From positions 62,001 through 126,000 of the forward strand of contig JAAOMT010000502.1 of the NCBI GenBank assembly GCA_016748015.1: a stretch of DNA of 64,000 nt, read 5' to 3'. Positions within the stretch are counted from its first letter, which is position 1. Each line of letters opens with the position of its first letter. The notes beneath the pieces were generated by a model. That model was not told the origin of the DNA and did no database searches. It worked only from the letters and a program-made list of their open reading frames with translations. Made by a program: the position numbers and the translations under genes. The DNA is from Geosiphon pyriformis uo1. Lineage: Eukaryota > Fungi > Glomeromycota. This document shows positions 12,399 through 26,315 of the stretch, piece after piece.

Positions 12399-15292
12399 TT
12401 TCGAATGTTCCAAATTACATCAAACCGTTAAATATTTCAAATGGTTTTCTAAAATGAATTTTCCATAAAAAGCCATTTTTTTTACACAAGATAATTCTCT
12501 TATTAGTAAGCTTAATCTATAGATCAGTGTGTGAAATTAACCCATTTGTGTTATAATCGAATTTTTAGTTGATAATTATAAAAAATTAAGATTGCGAAGG
12601 GAATTTAGAATTCAAAAAATAATTTTATTTCAATAAAATCCAAAAACAGGGTTTGAATTTTGTTTGACATGAAAATTTGTTCATAATATAGAACTGAAAT
12701 GCAATTTTTTTTGTTGGGGATTCGATCCGAGTATCAAGATTAAAAATTTGTGCACTTTTTGGTTTAGTAATATTTGGTAAAAATGCAAAAAAATTTTAAC
12801 ATTCGAACAGCTAATTTAATTTTGGTCACTAAAAAATCAAAATTTATCCTTGGGAATAAATTACAGCTAGAAATATTTATTTTGGTTTTAAATGAAGCCA
12901 ATTTGAAATATATTATACTTCTTTTATGAGCTATAAAACTTTTATTCAAATAACAAATTAACCTTAAATACATTCTTCCATGATTAAGATTATCTGATCA
13001 TAATAAATTATATTATCAAAAAAACTTTGTTTAAACTAATTTAGATTTAAATAAAAAATAATGTATTATTAATATAGAATTTGTATTTTTTGTAATTTCA
13101 ATTAAGTTATAATTGACGAATCATTTTTTATATATTTTATTAAAACTTTTTTCCCAAAACTAATTAAAAATGTTTTATTAAATATTTTTATAATAAAAAA
13201 AAGAGATGCAGCAATTAACTAGTCAATAAAAAAAATTGCAATAAATAAAAATATATAGTTTATACTAATCAAATCAGATAAAGAGGTAATTATCAAAAAA
13301 ATTCCAATAGAAATGTCTTATAAGACAATTAAGGCAGTTATGTCAATTTCTGTTTAAATAACTAATTGCATTTTGCAATTAATTAGTTTGTAGCAAAAAG
13401 CCAAGATTAAATATGCCAAAAAAAATGGCTGAAAATACAGCTACAAACTGGTTAATCTTAATTAAAGAAGATGTTGTAAGAGTAGCCAAATTAGTTAATG
13501 ATAAAAAAATGTGAAAAAAAAGATTGGCACAAAGTTATTTTGACTAATTTACCAAAAAAACACATAAATAATTGATTTGTAAACAAATTAGAAAAAAGAA
13601 CATGTATTATTAGTAGGCTTTTGTCTGGTTATAAAAAAATTTGTTATAACATGTTTTAAATCAAAAAGCAAATTATATAGAGCTTTGAATAATAAAATAA
13701 AATACCATAGTATTGTTCAAAAATAAGCCAAATTAAAAACACAAAATCATTTGTTAGTCAAAAAAAGTCTAAAAACCTAAAATAGAAGAAAAAAAAGTAT
13801 TTTTAGCAAAATATTATGAAAAAGAAAGTTACTAATAAATAAACCAGTTTTTTTTGGAGGTTTAACATAAACACAAATAATAGACGATAGCAATACAACA
13901 ACAATAAGAAAATAAGCTTTGTCCGAAATACGAATATTATAAACAAACACAAAAACAACAAAAAAACTTATTCTTAAAAATTTTAAAGTTAAAAACACTA
14001 TATTAAAATCTTGGTAGATAGATTTACTAAGATAGAAAAAAACTTGAATAATTTTACAATAAAAGTCATAAACTTTATGAAAAAATTTCAGAAAAATGTC
14101 TTATAATCAATGTTATTATTGCAAAGAAAAATAATAATAAATAAAAACAAAACAAAAATATTATTAAACAGAAAAAGAACAGAATTAGAGAAAAAATTTG
14201 TTTTCAAATCTACTAAAAAAATAGAAATTAGACTCAAAGAATTAACAATTATGTTTACAAATTTCTTTGCAAATTTTCAAACATATAAAAGTACTTATTA
14301 AGATTAACAAAGTTTTAATTGTATGAAAAAACTAATATAAAAATTAGCTACATGTAGTATGAAAAAATAAACAATTTTGTGAAACAGAATAATATTATAA
14401 GATGGCATAAAAAAACAACATAGTGTTAATTATTATCTACACGAAATTAAATAAAAATATTAAACTTTGGCTAAAAAAACAAATTTAATAGAATAAAAGT
14501 ATATAGAAGTAACAAAAAAAAGAATAAAATAAGCTCTAATAAAACAATTATTATTAATAAAATTAGTAAAACACATTAAAAAAATATTGCCTTTCTAATG
14601 ATTGTTTTAAAAATTAAAAAGAGTAATATTATTTGCAAGTTTCTGATTTCAACCCTTATACCGGATGTTTGATTTGGTTCCGTATTAAAATACATGTTTA
14701 CTGATTCAAATTTCAAATTTATTTAATTTACTCTTGATTTTGATTATTTTTTATTAAGATTTCAAGCCAGTTTTTATGCTCTTGACTTTTAATAAGTAAA
14801 AATATTAGAGTTTTTATAATTATAAAATCTTATTTTTATTTATTTTGTTCATAAATTCGTTCTCATTCACATCCTTATTTTTGATTTTTGCATTACTTAT
14901 CAATTATTCAAAACCCATACTAAAAATCTGTAACGCAAAGAAACTCATTTTAACTGGCCGATTATATTTAAGGTTCAGAAGATTTTTGATCTTAAATATT
15001 TCTATATGGTCAAAAATTAATATTTTAAAAATAGAATTCCTTGAGGTGAATGAAATTTTAAAATAAACTAATTTTACCTTAATACTCATATTCATTTGCA
15101 AACACTGAATTTCAAAAATGCGTTTTTTAATTTAATTGGTTAGAACATTATTTAAAATAATATCTGATCACCTGTCAATCCCATATTACATATAGTATAA
15201 AACTCTGTGCTGATTTGATTTGTTAAAGTGCCTTTCCTTAAACACTGCAGATTGAAATATCAATATTTCAAAGCTTTTTATATCTTTTACCA

Positions 15293-16804
15293 ATGGCACC
15301 CCAGCAATTCTTTCATGCTTTATCCGATGATTTTGGAAATTTACTGGATAGCCAGAATTTCTCTGATGTTAAGATTGTTGTTGGAGAAGCGCCTAATATT
15401 AGAACTTTTCATGCTCATTCGCCAATTTTGGCAGCAAGATCACCATATTTTGCTGTAGCACTCTCTAGTAATGGGATTAAAAGAGAAAATAATCCCATTA
15501 TCTTTGATAAACCTAATATTTCACCCAAAATTTTTGAGATAATTCTTAGGTAAAGGGTTTCATTTGCTTTAAAGTATTTTTGCCAACATAAATTCATACG
15601 TTAGATTTTCCTGCACAGATATATTTATAATGGCGAGATTTCTCTTGATAAACATGAAGTATCCACCATTTTAGAATTGCTCGTTACCGCTGACGAGCTT
15701 ATTCTAGAAAAAATTATTGATCCCCTTGAAGACTATTTGATTGAACACCGTGCAAAAGAGCTAGAAGAAAATTTCGCCATTTTGCAGAAAACTTCATTTA
15801 TGCATGATTCCTTCAAAAAGTTACAAAATTTCTGCACCGAAATAGTTGTCAAGAATCCAGCTATGGTCTTCAACTCGCAAGATTTTACGTCTCTTAGTGA
15901 AAATGTTCTTTCCTCAATTTTAACCAGGGATGATCTAAATATAAAAGAATCTGAAATATGGGAAAAAATTGTGGAATGGGGAGTTGCTAAATTGGATCCA
16001 AATATTCAGATGAAAGAAGTTCTTGACTGGACAGATGAAAACTTTAACGCCTTTAAGGAATCCATTAAAAGCCTTCTACCTTTAATCCGCTTCTTTAAAA
16101 TATCTTCAGTTGATTTCTATCACAAAGTAAAACCATTTGCGAGAATCTTACCTGGAACTTTATATGAAGATCTTTTACATCATTATCTCGTACCGGGTAG
16201 TCATCAAAAGTCTATAGACGCTCAGCTAATACGATTAAATATTGATTCAAAGCTTCTTCAACCGCAATATATAAAAAAGCTTGATAATTGGGTTCAAGGC
16301 AAAGACGAAAATACTCCTTTTGAAGATCAACTTGGAAATGATTTTAAATTGTTACTTCGAGGCAGTCGAGACGGATTCACTCCAGCCGATTTTCATCGAT
16401 TATGTGATAATAAAGGATCAACAGTAAGTGTAATCAAAGTGAAAGGAACCGGTCAGCTAATTGGCGGCTATACCCCACAACCTTGGCACTCTCGAAATGA
16501 ATATCTAAATGGAGAAAAAAGTTTTATTTTTTCCTTTGGAGATGGCCAAGTTAGAAATGCTAAACTTAGCAAATTTGTTAGCGGATTTGGACCTTTCGGT
16601 GGTCTAAAATATGGCCCCTATTTCGGAAATGGCAATATTGGATTGTATGGCAAGGATTTTAAAAATTGTCCAGGATCTTTTTGTCAAAAGGAAAAATCTT
16701 ATGAGCATGCCATAATGCCTGGGTCAGAAAATCAACAAGTAAATTTCTTTGCTGAGGAGTATGAAGTTTTTCAAATCATAAAGAACCCGAAAAAATGTAG
16801 TTAA
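15293..16804 (+). CDS. BTB/POZ-BACK-TLDc protein, 480 aa; exons 15293-15549, 15619-16804
   Basis: BTB: SDVKIVVGE..FHAHSPILAARSPYF..IFEIILR|YIYNG. BACK: LTRDDLNIKESEIWEKIVEWG, LLPLIRF. TLDc: FKLLLRGSRDGF..FHRLCDNKGST..IGGY, SFIFS, GPYFG, EEYEVFQI. GT-AG intron 15550-15618 joins in frame. Confidence 0.93.
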
Positions 16805-17086
16805 TTAGAAATTTTTTCCAATAATGATTGGACCGAAGAGCTCAAGGATCACGAGGAAAGGAAAATTTATCTCACAAACCTTACCACAGAGTGGAAACGT
16901 GTGTCGACATTTTTTGCTACAAAATTCTGAATCTTTTATTCGAAATATCTGTATTTTAGTGGATGGTTGATTGTATTAATAGGAAACGAAGTGTGAAAGC
17001 ATTATGAAATCTTGTAAGTGGTTTGAATTTGACTACCTAATGAACATATGAAAATATATAGAGAAATTTTATCCTTGTATACTCAT

Positions 17087-17248
17087 TTAATAATCGAGTT
17101 CAAGTGCTCTTTCTGAACTTTTCGTCGTTCCTTCTCCATTATCATAACAAAGTGCAAGATTGTATTGTGCATTTGTATGTCCCGCCTCTGCTGCTTTTGA
17201 ATAGAGTTTAAATGCTTTTTCTGAACTTTTTGTCGTTCCTTCTCCATT
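17087..17248 (-). pseudogene. Orphan Sel1-like repeat fragment (about 1.5 repeats)
   Basis: A frame not shown in the ORF track reads NGEGTTKSSEKAFKLYSKAAEAGHTNAQYNLALCYDNGEGTTKSSERALELDY*, a canonical 36-aa Sel1 unit. No start codon or flanking exons seen. Confidence 0.88.
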
Positions 17249-19319
17249 TTGTAGTATTTAAAAGTAAACAATTATCAATTAATGTCAAAAGAAATATTAA
17301 ATTTTTGATGATATATTAATTTATCTGCTAGTAAAACTTAATTTCAAATTTTATGTAAACTATTATAGTAGTAAATTATAGTTACTTGAAAAATTATGTA
17401 AAACTTTTTTTAAACTCAAAAAAATCACAAGTTCTAAAAAAGTTAATTAATCGTTTTTTTCTTTAAAAGTTTTTTATATTTTGAATTTACTTTATTTCTT
17501 ATAAAATAATTAAAGTAAAATTCTATAGCATAATTATTTAGAATAAAGATATTATTATTAATTTTTATCACAGTTTACTTAAATGCTTTAATGGAATTTT
17601 AAAAAGATACTTGTAAGCTTAATTGTAATATTTTTCTTGTTTTTAATTTTTTTTAAATTTGATAAACTTTTTAAAGCTAAAAAATATTACTTAGATTAAA
17701 TTTTTACAGTGTTTTGCTTGTTTAAATATTTAGTATACAAAATTAGTATTTATATTGAAATAGAATTTTAATAATTCAACTATTTTTATAAGTTTACAAA
17801 AATTTTTTTGATTTTTTTATGAAATATTTTATGTTAAACGAATTTTTTTGATTCAAAACATATGTCAAAAATATGTTGCTATTAAACTGAATAATAAAGT
17901 TATTAATATTTAAAAAAATTAAAACTAAAGTAAAAGAATAAACAATAATATTTTTATATTTAAATTGTTTAATTTTAAAAAAATAAGATAGTAAAATTAT
18001 TTTTAATATTGTATTAAAATTAATCAAAATTTTAAGAAAGTATTTGTTACAAGATTTGAAAATTTATTGGTGTTTTAATTTTAAGAAGAGTTAAAATTCT
18101 TGGGTATTAATGCAAAAGTCTAATTAGTATAATAAATTATTAGAAGTATTATTTAAGTTAAATAAACTATTATATATATTGTTATTTTATAAAATAATAA
18201 AAGCCCAAAATAAAAAATTAATGTGAACTTAATAATTTATTATAATAAACAAAATTAAAAAAACAAGAAATAATAAAATATGTAAATAAAAATTAATAAC
18301 AAATAATTATAAAAATCACATAATTAATCTATAAATGTGTAGAATATTTTAGAATAAATTATAATTCAACATTTAAATGCTTTACTCGAATTTATGGTCC
18401 TTTGATCTGGTACCAATTCAATCCTAAGAAAAAACCAAGTCAACTTTCGTTTAAATAAAATATTAGTTAATTTGCTTTTGAAAGTTGATTAAAATAAAAT
18501 AATTTAGGGTTTTCATATATATTATGTAGTATTAAAATCAAGCTGGTAATTACATATACTAATATTTTTGAATTCAAGTATTTTCTTATTAATTATTAAA
18601 ATAAATTATCGGATTAAAAAGTATATATTTTTAATCTACAATAATACAATATATTTATCATAGAAAATTTAAAATTAATACTTTTAAATTAATTTAATAA
18701 CTCGCAAAACAAAGATAGCTCATGCATATTGAAACAAACCTAAGACATTATTTAACATGAAATTTATTTTAAGTTTAATAAAAAACTAAATCATTTAATT
18801 ATTTTAACTATTGAACATGTGTATGCTTTATGTATATAAATAAAGATTGGACTACACCCAATAAAGCATTCAAAAAGGATTATTTTAACTGAGCGAATTT
18901 ATTTGTAAATATTTTTCCAGCACTTTTTTTTTTTAACTAAAGTAAAGTCGTTAAAAGTTTTCAGTTTTTATTTTTCAAAACAAAGTTAATTTTCAAGTTT
19001 TTTAACACAAATAAACCATTAAAGAAAATTTTCGTTGCTTAAATAAAACAATTTCACATAAAATCTCAAATTCATTTGTAAACACTGAATTAAAAATCTA
19101 TTTTTTAATTTAATAATCAAGATTTTTTGTACCAAACCTTTTTTGACAATTTTAAAACACAATTTTTATAAGTGAGGTTAAAAACTAATTTTGCAACAAA
19201 TTTGCATCTGATCACAGATTAATATAAAACTCGATGGTGATTTAAATTTGTACCAATACTTTTTTCTAAAGAGTGGTTATATGTATATTGAAATATCAGA
19301 GCTTCTTATATCTTATAAA

Positions 19320-19945
19320 TAGTTCCACAGCAATTTTTTCACATTTTATCGTATGATTACGAGAATTTATTAAATACTCAAAATTTCTCCGATGTTAGAA
19401 TAATTATTATTGTTGTCATTATATACACTTTATACTAACTTATGGAGCATTAAAAATAGTCAGCCTTAGCACCACCATAATATAGTTCATCATTAATCTT
19501 ATTAGATATTTCTTATAAACTAAAAGTTTTATATATCCAACCTCATATATATTACTGTATAAAATTTTATATTAATTTTATTCTTAAAGTAAGCAAAGCA
19601 ACAGTTATCATAATGAAAATACAAGAAACCAGTTAATTGAATGGTGGTTATAAACTATAATCTTAACACTTTCGGGACTAAATGAAAAAGGAAGTTTTAT
19701 TATTTTTTTCCTTGGAGATAACAAAGCTAGATATGCTCAACTTGGCAAATTTTTTACTGGATATGGAAACTATTTTCGCCATGGCAATATTTGATTGCTT
19801 AGCAATAATTTTAGAAATAGTTCAGAATTTATTTATTGAAAAAAATTTTTATGAGCATCCTATAGTGCCTGCCTTGTTCAGAAGGTCAGAAGGTGAAATT
19901 TTCTGTTGAGGAGTTTAAAGTTTTTCAAGCCATTAAAAAGTTGAT
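19320..19945 (+). pseudogene. Heavily degraded, internally deleted BTB-TLDc paralog
   Basis: 19320-19405 aligns to the BTB start (cagcaattttttcacattttatc..aatttctccgatgttagaata), with the ATG lost. 19590-19940 aligns to the TLDc 3' half (ttccttggagat, tatgagcatcctatagtgcct, gaggagtttaaagtttttcaa). The middle ~1 kb is missing. Confidence 0.8.
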
Positions 19946-21899
19946 TAAGTTATTCCTATTTTGCCAATCTTCGATAGTTTATTATACTAAAACTAACACA
20001 AATTACATTTTAGAATTAGTAGGTATCAGTTTAAAATACCTTCTTTCCAAGACAGTTTTGAGGGCTTTTAAACAAAATAAACCATGCCTGACATAAAGTT
20101 ATTTCATTAAAAAGTTATTTTTGAGGCTTAGCTTTCTGATGTATTTTATTACATGGGAATTTTGTAAAATGTCCAAATTTGTATAAAATTAGCTTAAAAC
20201 CATTCAAAATACAACTGCTATTAAATTATAGTTAATATTTTTAATTAAGAATGAAAAATTAGTTGTGGTAGGGATTTAATCTTCCCTGAAAATAAAAATG
20301 AAAAGAAAAATCCTGAATTAAATTCTTGACATGTTTATTTTTAATAAAATTAATTAAGGAAATAACTAATTTTTTCAAGGCATTGTCAACATTATATTTC
20401 TTGCTCTGTTTCCTAAAAGTTTCTCATTTTGGAAATAAAAACTTTCTATAGATTAGCTTTTATAAATCAAATTCTTAAAAGTTGGGCTCATTCAAAAATT
20501 AAATATTTTAGTGGTGAATAGTAATAAATGTATTAATTTTCAATATTTTAATTTTATCTGCCAAATCAACCTCCCTAAAAAATAGAGATGCAATTTTCAT
20601 TAATGATAATTAGATAAATGTACTATACTTTATGAAGAATTCTTGCATTCACTTTTCTCCTCAATTAAGAAAAATTCAAAATAAATCTAATATTCAAATA
20701 AGAATCTCAATAATAAAGCTTTATTTTGGAATGTTTGATGCAGTAAGCATAAATATATTAGCGAAAATATTTTAAATACATATACATGTATTTCGGGTTT
20801 TTATAGAAGCTAAAAATTTGAATAATTAATATTTAATTCAATTCGAATCTTTTTGAAACTTAAAAAATTATTGGCAAGTTAAGATATCTATAATATTCTA
20901 GCATAAAATCTAAAATATGTTAAATATTAATACTTTTTATCAAATAATTAACATTGTGATGACTATTAGCTTTTTTAATTTTATCCTAATACTCAAAATA
21001 GAATAGACGAATAGAGTTTAAATTTTAACCAAAAAATGATAAAGAAGTGAAAAAAATTATGTATGATAGTTTTGTTATAGCTAAAAAATAATATTAAGAA
21101 AAACCGATATTATACAAAATAAACTTATAAAATATTTTAAATTGCCTAATTGATTTTACTCTTCTATCAAACAATACTTTCTAGGCTGCTACATTCGAAG
21201 AGAACAAGATTACAGTATATGTACTAAAAAGTTTACCATATTTTCCAAATTTAAATTAAATGGATAAATGGAGAGAGAAATTAGAGATATGTTTTTGTTA
21301 TATTTTCATGATTCATTGATTCATTAATTTTATTTTAACTAACACTAGACATTTATAAAAACTATTTCTCATCTTTGAGGTAGTGACTAAATTCAGTTAA
21401 GGTTAATAAAATAAACATTACTTAGTATAATAAAATATTATGGTCAAATAATAATATTTTTTATCTATCAAACCAAAGAAATTAAATCAATTCTGAGGCA
21501 AACTCTTTTGGCAAAGTTAAAATTTTGTTATTTAGATAATAAACCTATTTCAGTGGATGTTTTAGAAAGCACATTTAATTACGAAATAAAGAATATTTTA
21601 TTGTAGTTGATAATAATTATGTAAAAAATGCACAATTTAATCAAGCCATCAAGAGAATTGCTTTCCAGAAATTTTGTTTCATAGATTAATTATGCATTAA
21701 TTTATTCATTTATTTTATTTAAATGCTTTAGAAAAAAATATTATGTAGGTAGAACGATTGATAATTTTGGTTGTTAGAAAACTTTAAATGTCACCATTAA
21801 TTAAAATATATGATAATAGTTTTTGACTTTAAGTTACCTCTTTCTTCTGAAAAACACAAAGATGCGCATCACGATAAACTGCCCCTTTAATTTTCTTTA

Positions 21900-23000
21900 T
21901 TTAAATGCTAGCTGAAAAGAAGGCACAAATATTCTACTACTTAAAAACACAATTCCAAGGAAAATCTGACGAAAACTAATATAGAAAAATTATCCCATTC
22001 GTTCCAATTACTATCTTATTCTATTCTCAAATTCTTCAGCAATAGCCGGATGTCTTCAGTTAGTGGAACTTCTTGCAATTTAGTAGAATATAGGTGGTTA
22101 TTTGTTGAAATTCCTTTTATTTTTGTAATCCTACAACATGATAATAACACAATATCGGATGAGGGACTTGCAGCACCAAATACACGACAGCTCCGAATGA
22201 TGCTGTTGAAATAGAAAAATACAATTTAGATTAGGTGGGATTTTATAAAAACATACATTTAAAAAACTGAATTAAATTATTTAATTGCCCAAGTTTTAAA
22301 GTACCTTTTGCATCAGTAAGATTCATGCAGCTTATTAAGGCGTTTTTATTTATCAGTTGTGATGTTAGTGCAACAAGCTCAATCATAGAACTTAAAAATC
22401 AATATAATGTTCTTGAGTCATTCGTCCACTTACTTAATTTTAGATAATTGATGGCAAAATTCTTTATACACTGCCAAATGTTCGCGATTGGGATTTCCCA
22501 TTTACTAGCAATATATTACGTATATAATAATTTGAATCTTTATCGATTAATAGAATATATTCAGAAAATTGATCTTATACCCCAAATTTTTTTGTTAACA
22601 AGAAAATAGTTTCCAGCATTTTATCAACGTAAATTTGGAATTTTTCGAACTGGATGAAAAATATTAAAGGTAAATTTATGCAGGTTACTTTTCAAACTTT
22701 TTTTTGATTTCCTATAATTAAAAAGTTGCCTTTTTTAAAAAGATTTTGATAAATTTGTATTGGCAGCTTTTTAATGAATTCGCTTTAATTGAGCTTTTTT
22801 CCTTGGTTTATTTTTATTCCAAACACCATATCTACATCACTTACAATAGATTTTGCTTTCTTTACTTTATCAAAGATTTCACCGTCAGAAATTCTGTTTG
22901 TTAGCCAGCTGACTCTGAGGAAAAATGATATTGTTTTCGATAAGATGATTATAAATATTTAATGATACTAAAAGATGGCAGCAAATTATTTGGATCTGCT
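21900..23000 (-). pseudogene. Possible very old lipase-fold gene relic
   Basis: An exon ends NLTDAKG|gt and the next begins cag|ASFGAVVYLVLQ, echoing the phase-1 intron in KLTGHGEGG|AYAVFAG of the neighbouring genes. Many stops; weak similarity. Confidence 0.25.
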
Positions 23001-24144
23001 TTTTATAAAATCTTTTAGAATTAAAGATTCCAACAGTAATTCATTTTAATATATTTTGAAGTTTGAAACCTAAATACTATATTCTATATATTTTTTTATA
23101 TGTTAGCTAAATTTCGAATTATTAAATTCCAAAAAGAAATTCTTCGAATCATTTCATTAAAGCCTACCTTTTGTAATCGTATATTTCATGATTCCAAATT
23201 ACCATTCCAAAGACTTTATTAAATTATTCGAGAAAAGAATAAATTCTGAGTTTTTGAATATTCTCAAATGAGGTTCTAGCCATTTATAACATAAAATTAA
23301 TTAGATTTTGCTGCTTTTCTTAAAAGATAAAAAGGTAAACTCATTTTTATAGTAAATTTTTTTGGTTTTTAAAAAGATATTTTCAATTTATAACTTTTTA
23401 CAATATTATTCGATTATATCGAGTACATTAAAATTTTAACCTTTGAATTCCTTACATTATTCAAGCAAAAAAATTTGTAAAGAGGTGTTTTCAAAATTTC
23501 AAATCGAAATTTTGAAAACCTTTGACTTCTTAATAAAACCTCAATACCAAAAATACAATTCCTGAATTCACAAAAAAAACTTGATGGCAAAAGATAATTT
23601 TCATTCAAAAGAATCTGATCTGGAACTCCTATTGAAATTAGTTAGTTCATGATTGTAAACCTGCTTTCGACATTCAGAAGCATGCTACAAGAATTTGAAA
23701 CGGCAATTGTTGAAGAAAGGAAACGTAGTCGAAGATTGCTTGAGGTTTAGAGCACGAAACCGAATGTCACTGAAGTAAAGCTCTTGATCAATATTCAAAA
23801 ACGTATTTGTCCATAAAATTGGTGCGACAGAATCTGTTCGCGAAAAGGTAAGAGAGGGGGTCTTTTGTATCCTGAATATATTCAAACATACCTTGCAAGT
23901 ATTTCAGAGGAAATAAAGACTAGGTTTGAGATCGTAAATTATTGAATCAAACATTTAACGAATCAATGGTTAACAAAACACCCTTTATTTGAAATTTTGC
24001 CTCATAAGATAGGATCTCATTTTAATTGTAGACACCCAATTACTTATCCTAAGAAATACTAATAAAAAAACAATTTCAAAACAAAATCTTATATTGAAGA
24101 ATATTGAAAAATTTTTCCATTTAAAATAGACTTCATGAAAAAAA

Positions 24145-25600
24145 TTAATACGATTGATTTTTAGGACAAACTCCCATTTTGTAGCCGAAATAGGGTCCCC
24201 AATGTGATTCTGAAATATAATCAAAATTCGTTGATATATCCTCCCCCCCTTTACCTTGATCAATTTCTTGAAGGTTGCAATACTTCAAATGGTTTTGAAC
24301 ATTAATAATAAGTTAATAGAACAAATATTTAAAAAATATAATAAAAATCTTCAAACCAGAATTTACCGGATTCTCCGTCAATCTTGGGATCCAATATACA
24401 AATTTTGGAATACGAGAGCATTCATATACCATAATAGCATCTGTATCATTCTCCGGGACCATTGTATTTCGACAATCACAAGGTTCATTATCTGATGAAA
24501 TCCAGTATTCCGTTGAATGATGTATATATGGAAAATATTTCGAAATCGGCTGGAATCTTGGAACATTGTCGTCTCTATTTGTAATTCGAAAAACTTTGAT
24601 ATTTTGATCAACATATTTTGCCATAGCATAAGTTCCAATACGTGGTTCCCCAAAAGTAAAGACAGTAACTGTTGACCCGTATATAGATCTTAGATGTAAT
24701 CCAGCAAAAACTGCGTATGCTGAAAATAGAAGACAAATGATCAAATGTAAGGACTACTCGGGACATTAATAAAAATAGATTTCTACCTCCACCTTCACCG
24801 TGCCCAGTTAGTTTAAAAATATAATTCTTAGTTTTTCCTGAGCCCATAAATTTCTCGATGATTTCTAAAAGCTTTTTCTTTCCATTGTCAAATTTCTCAT
24901 AGGAAATTGTATCGAGTGTTCCCATAATTTTGCTTCGTTCATTAAAATTTATTGGTTCTCCTTTGAAATATATGATTATTTCCATAGATTTTCTTTTTGG
25001 TTGAAAGGCGTAAGCTAAAAATTATAAGTGAAAAATAACTTGAAAAAGTTGATTTTTCATGATATAAAAATCACATATCTAACCATAAAAGCCCTCAGCG
25101 AGTTTTCCAAACTCCCCTGATAAACAATACGCTTCTTGTGCATAGAAAGCATATTTGGAAAACTCTGATATAAGCTCTTTTTCCCTCGGTTTATTTAAGA
25201 GCTTTTTATATTTGTTTTCTTTTCTCTTGTCCGATGTTGAAGATCGCGCCAGTAATGATCGGGTTCGTTCAAAAATCCACTCATCCTTTTTAGTGGGAAA
25301 AGTGCTTTCAAATGTATGTCTTTTTACAATTGAGGAAGAATTCAGCTTTTCTTTTCTTTGAAAAATCGGACCAATTTGTAAAATTCTGTTTTCAGATTGG
25401 CACTTTTGCGAATTTTTTAAAAGTTCTTTGGAACTATAAATAATGGTATTACTCTCTTTAAGTGTATCTTTCTTATTTTGCTTTATGCCTAAAAGATTTA
25501 AATTCTTTTCCATGTAATACAAAGAGAAAAAGGTTACAGCTAAAAAGAAGTAAAAAAAGCTGGACTGAAAAGTTTTATAATTTTTCAAAAATTGTAACAT
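24145..25600 (-). CDS. Class-3 lipase-fold (Lipase_3) protein A, 411 aa, nucleophile Ser replaced by Gly; exons 25600-25084, 25014-24787, 24719-24367, 24282-24145
   Basis: Spliced CDS is 1236 nt and in frame. N-terminal hydrophobic segment, IVKR, YAQEAYC, IIIYFKG, LTGHGEGGAYA, VFTFGEPRIG, RITNRDDNVPR, YIHHSTEYWI, HWGPYFGYKMGVC. Confidence 0.9.
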
Positions 25601-26315
25601 CCTGATAAGATCTTCTAAATTATAGGTCTCCTATAACTCACAAATTTTATTTATATGTGTTGCTTTTAATCAGAGACAAATTGTCTCTCGTTCTCCTTCG
25701 GAAAATCTTAATCGTAAGAAATAAAACTTAGTCATTTCTAGGAGTGCTATTGGAATATTTAATCTTATAAAATCCTCATTTTGATTGGACATTATTCTGA
25801 TTGGAATCCATTTATAATGAAAGGAGGTTACATTATCTTATTCCATATGCGTCAATTGTTTGTTTAAACATTTTAAGATAAAGCTCTGCCATAATTTAGG
25901 TACGCCAAACTGGATGGTGTTGGCGTAGATCAACATCAATTTAGCAGACTAAAATATGATTTCCACGAAGAATGCCAGTTGAAAAAAATGATTAAGGAGT
26001 TGAACTCACCAGAATTGATGGTAATAAAGTCCAATTTTATAAAACCAATATTCATTTAAAACTATATTTCCCGTTTATTAAAAGTTTTTTATTGGTAAAT
26101 TGCAAGAAGTGAGGAAAAAAAATTCAATAAAAGCATTTTGAGTTGTGCTATTTATTTATATTTATTTTTTTTTACTTCTGAATCCATGGTAAATTGATAG
26201 CAAATCTGTTTTTCCGGTTCTCTTATAAATAGAAATTCATCATTATAAAACCTTGTCTTCTTTTGAGCTAGCAACCAACTATCTAACCAACCAACCAAGA
26301 AAAAAAAATTTCTAA
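25601..26315. promoter_or_regulatory. Putative bidirectional promoter between divergent lipase-fold genes
   Basis: 715-bp head-to-head intergenic region with TATAAATA near 26224 and a minus-strand TATAAATA near 25650. Largely retained in the duplicate at 40063-40640. Confidence 0.5.

Noticed and set aside
13200-14600. A-skewed, CpG-poor tract that may be a decayed retroelement
   Set aside because: No gag, RT or integrase motif or LTR could be read with confidence.
9084-17248. Kinase-Sel1 fusion gene
   Set aside because: The pieces are about 7 kb apart, separated by other genes, and in the reverse of the usual domain order.
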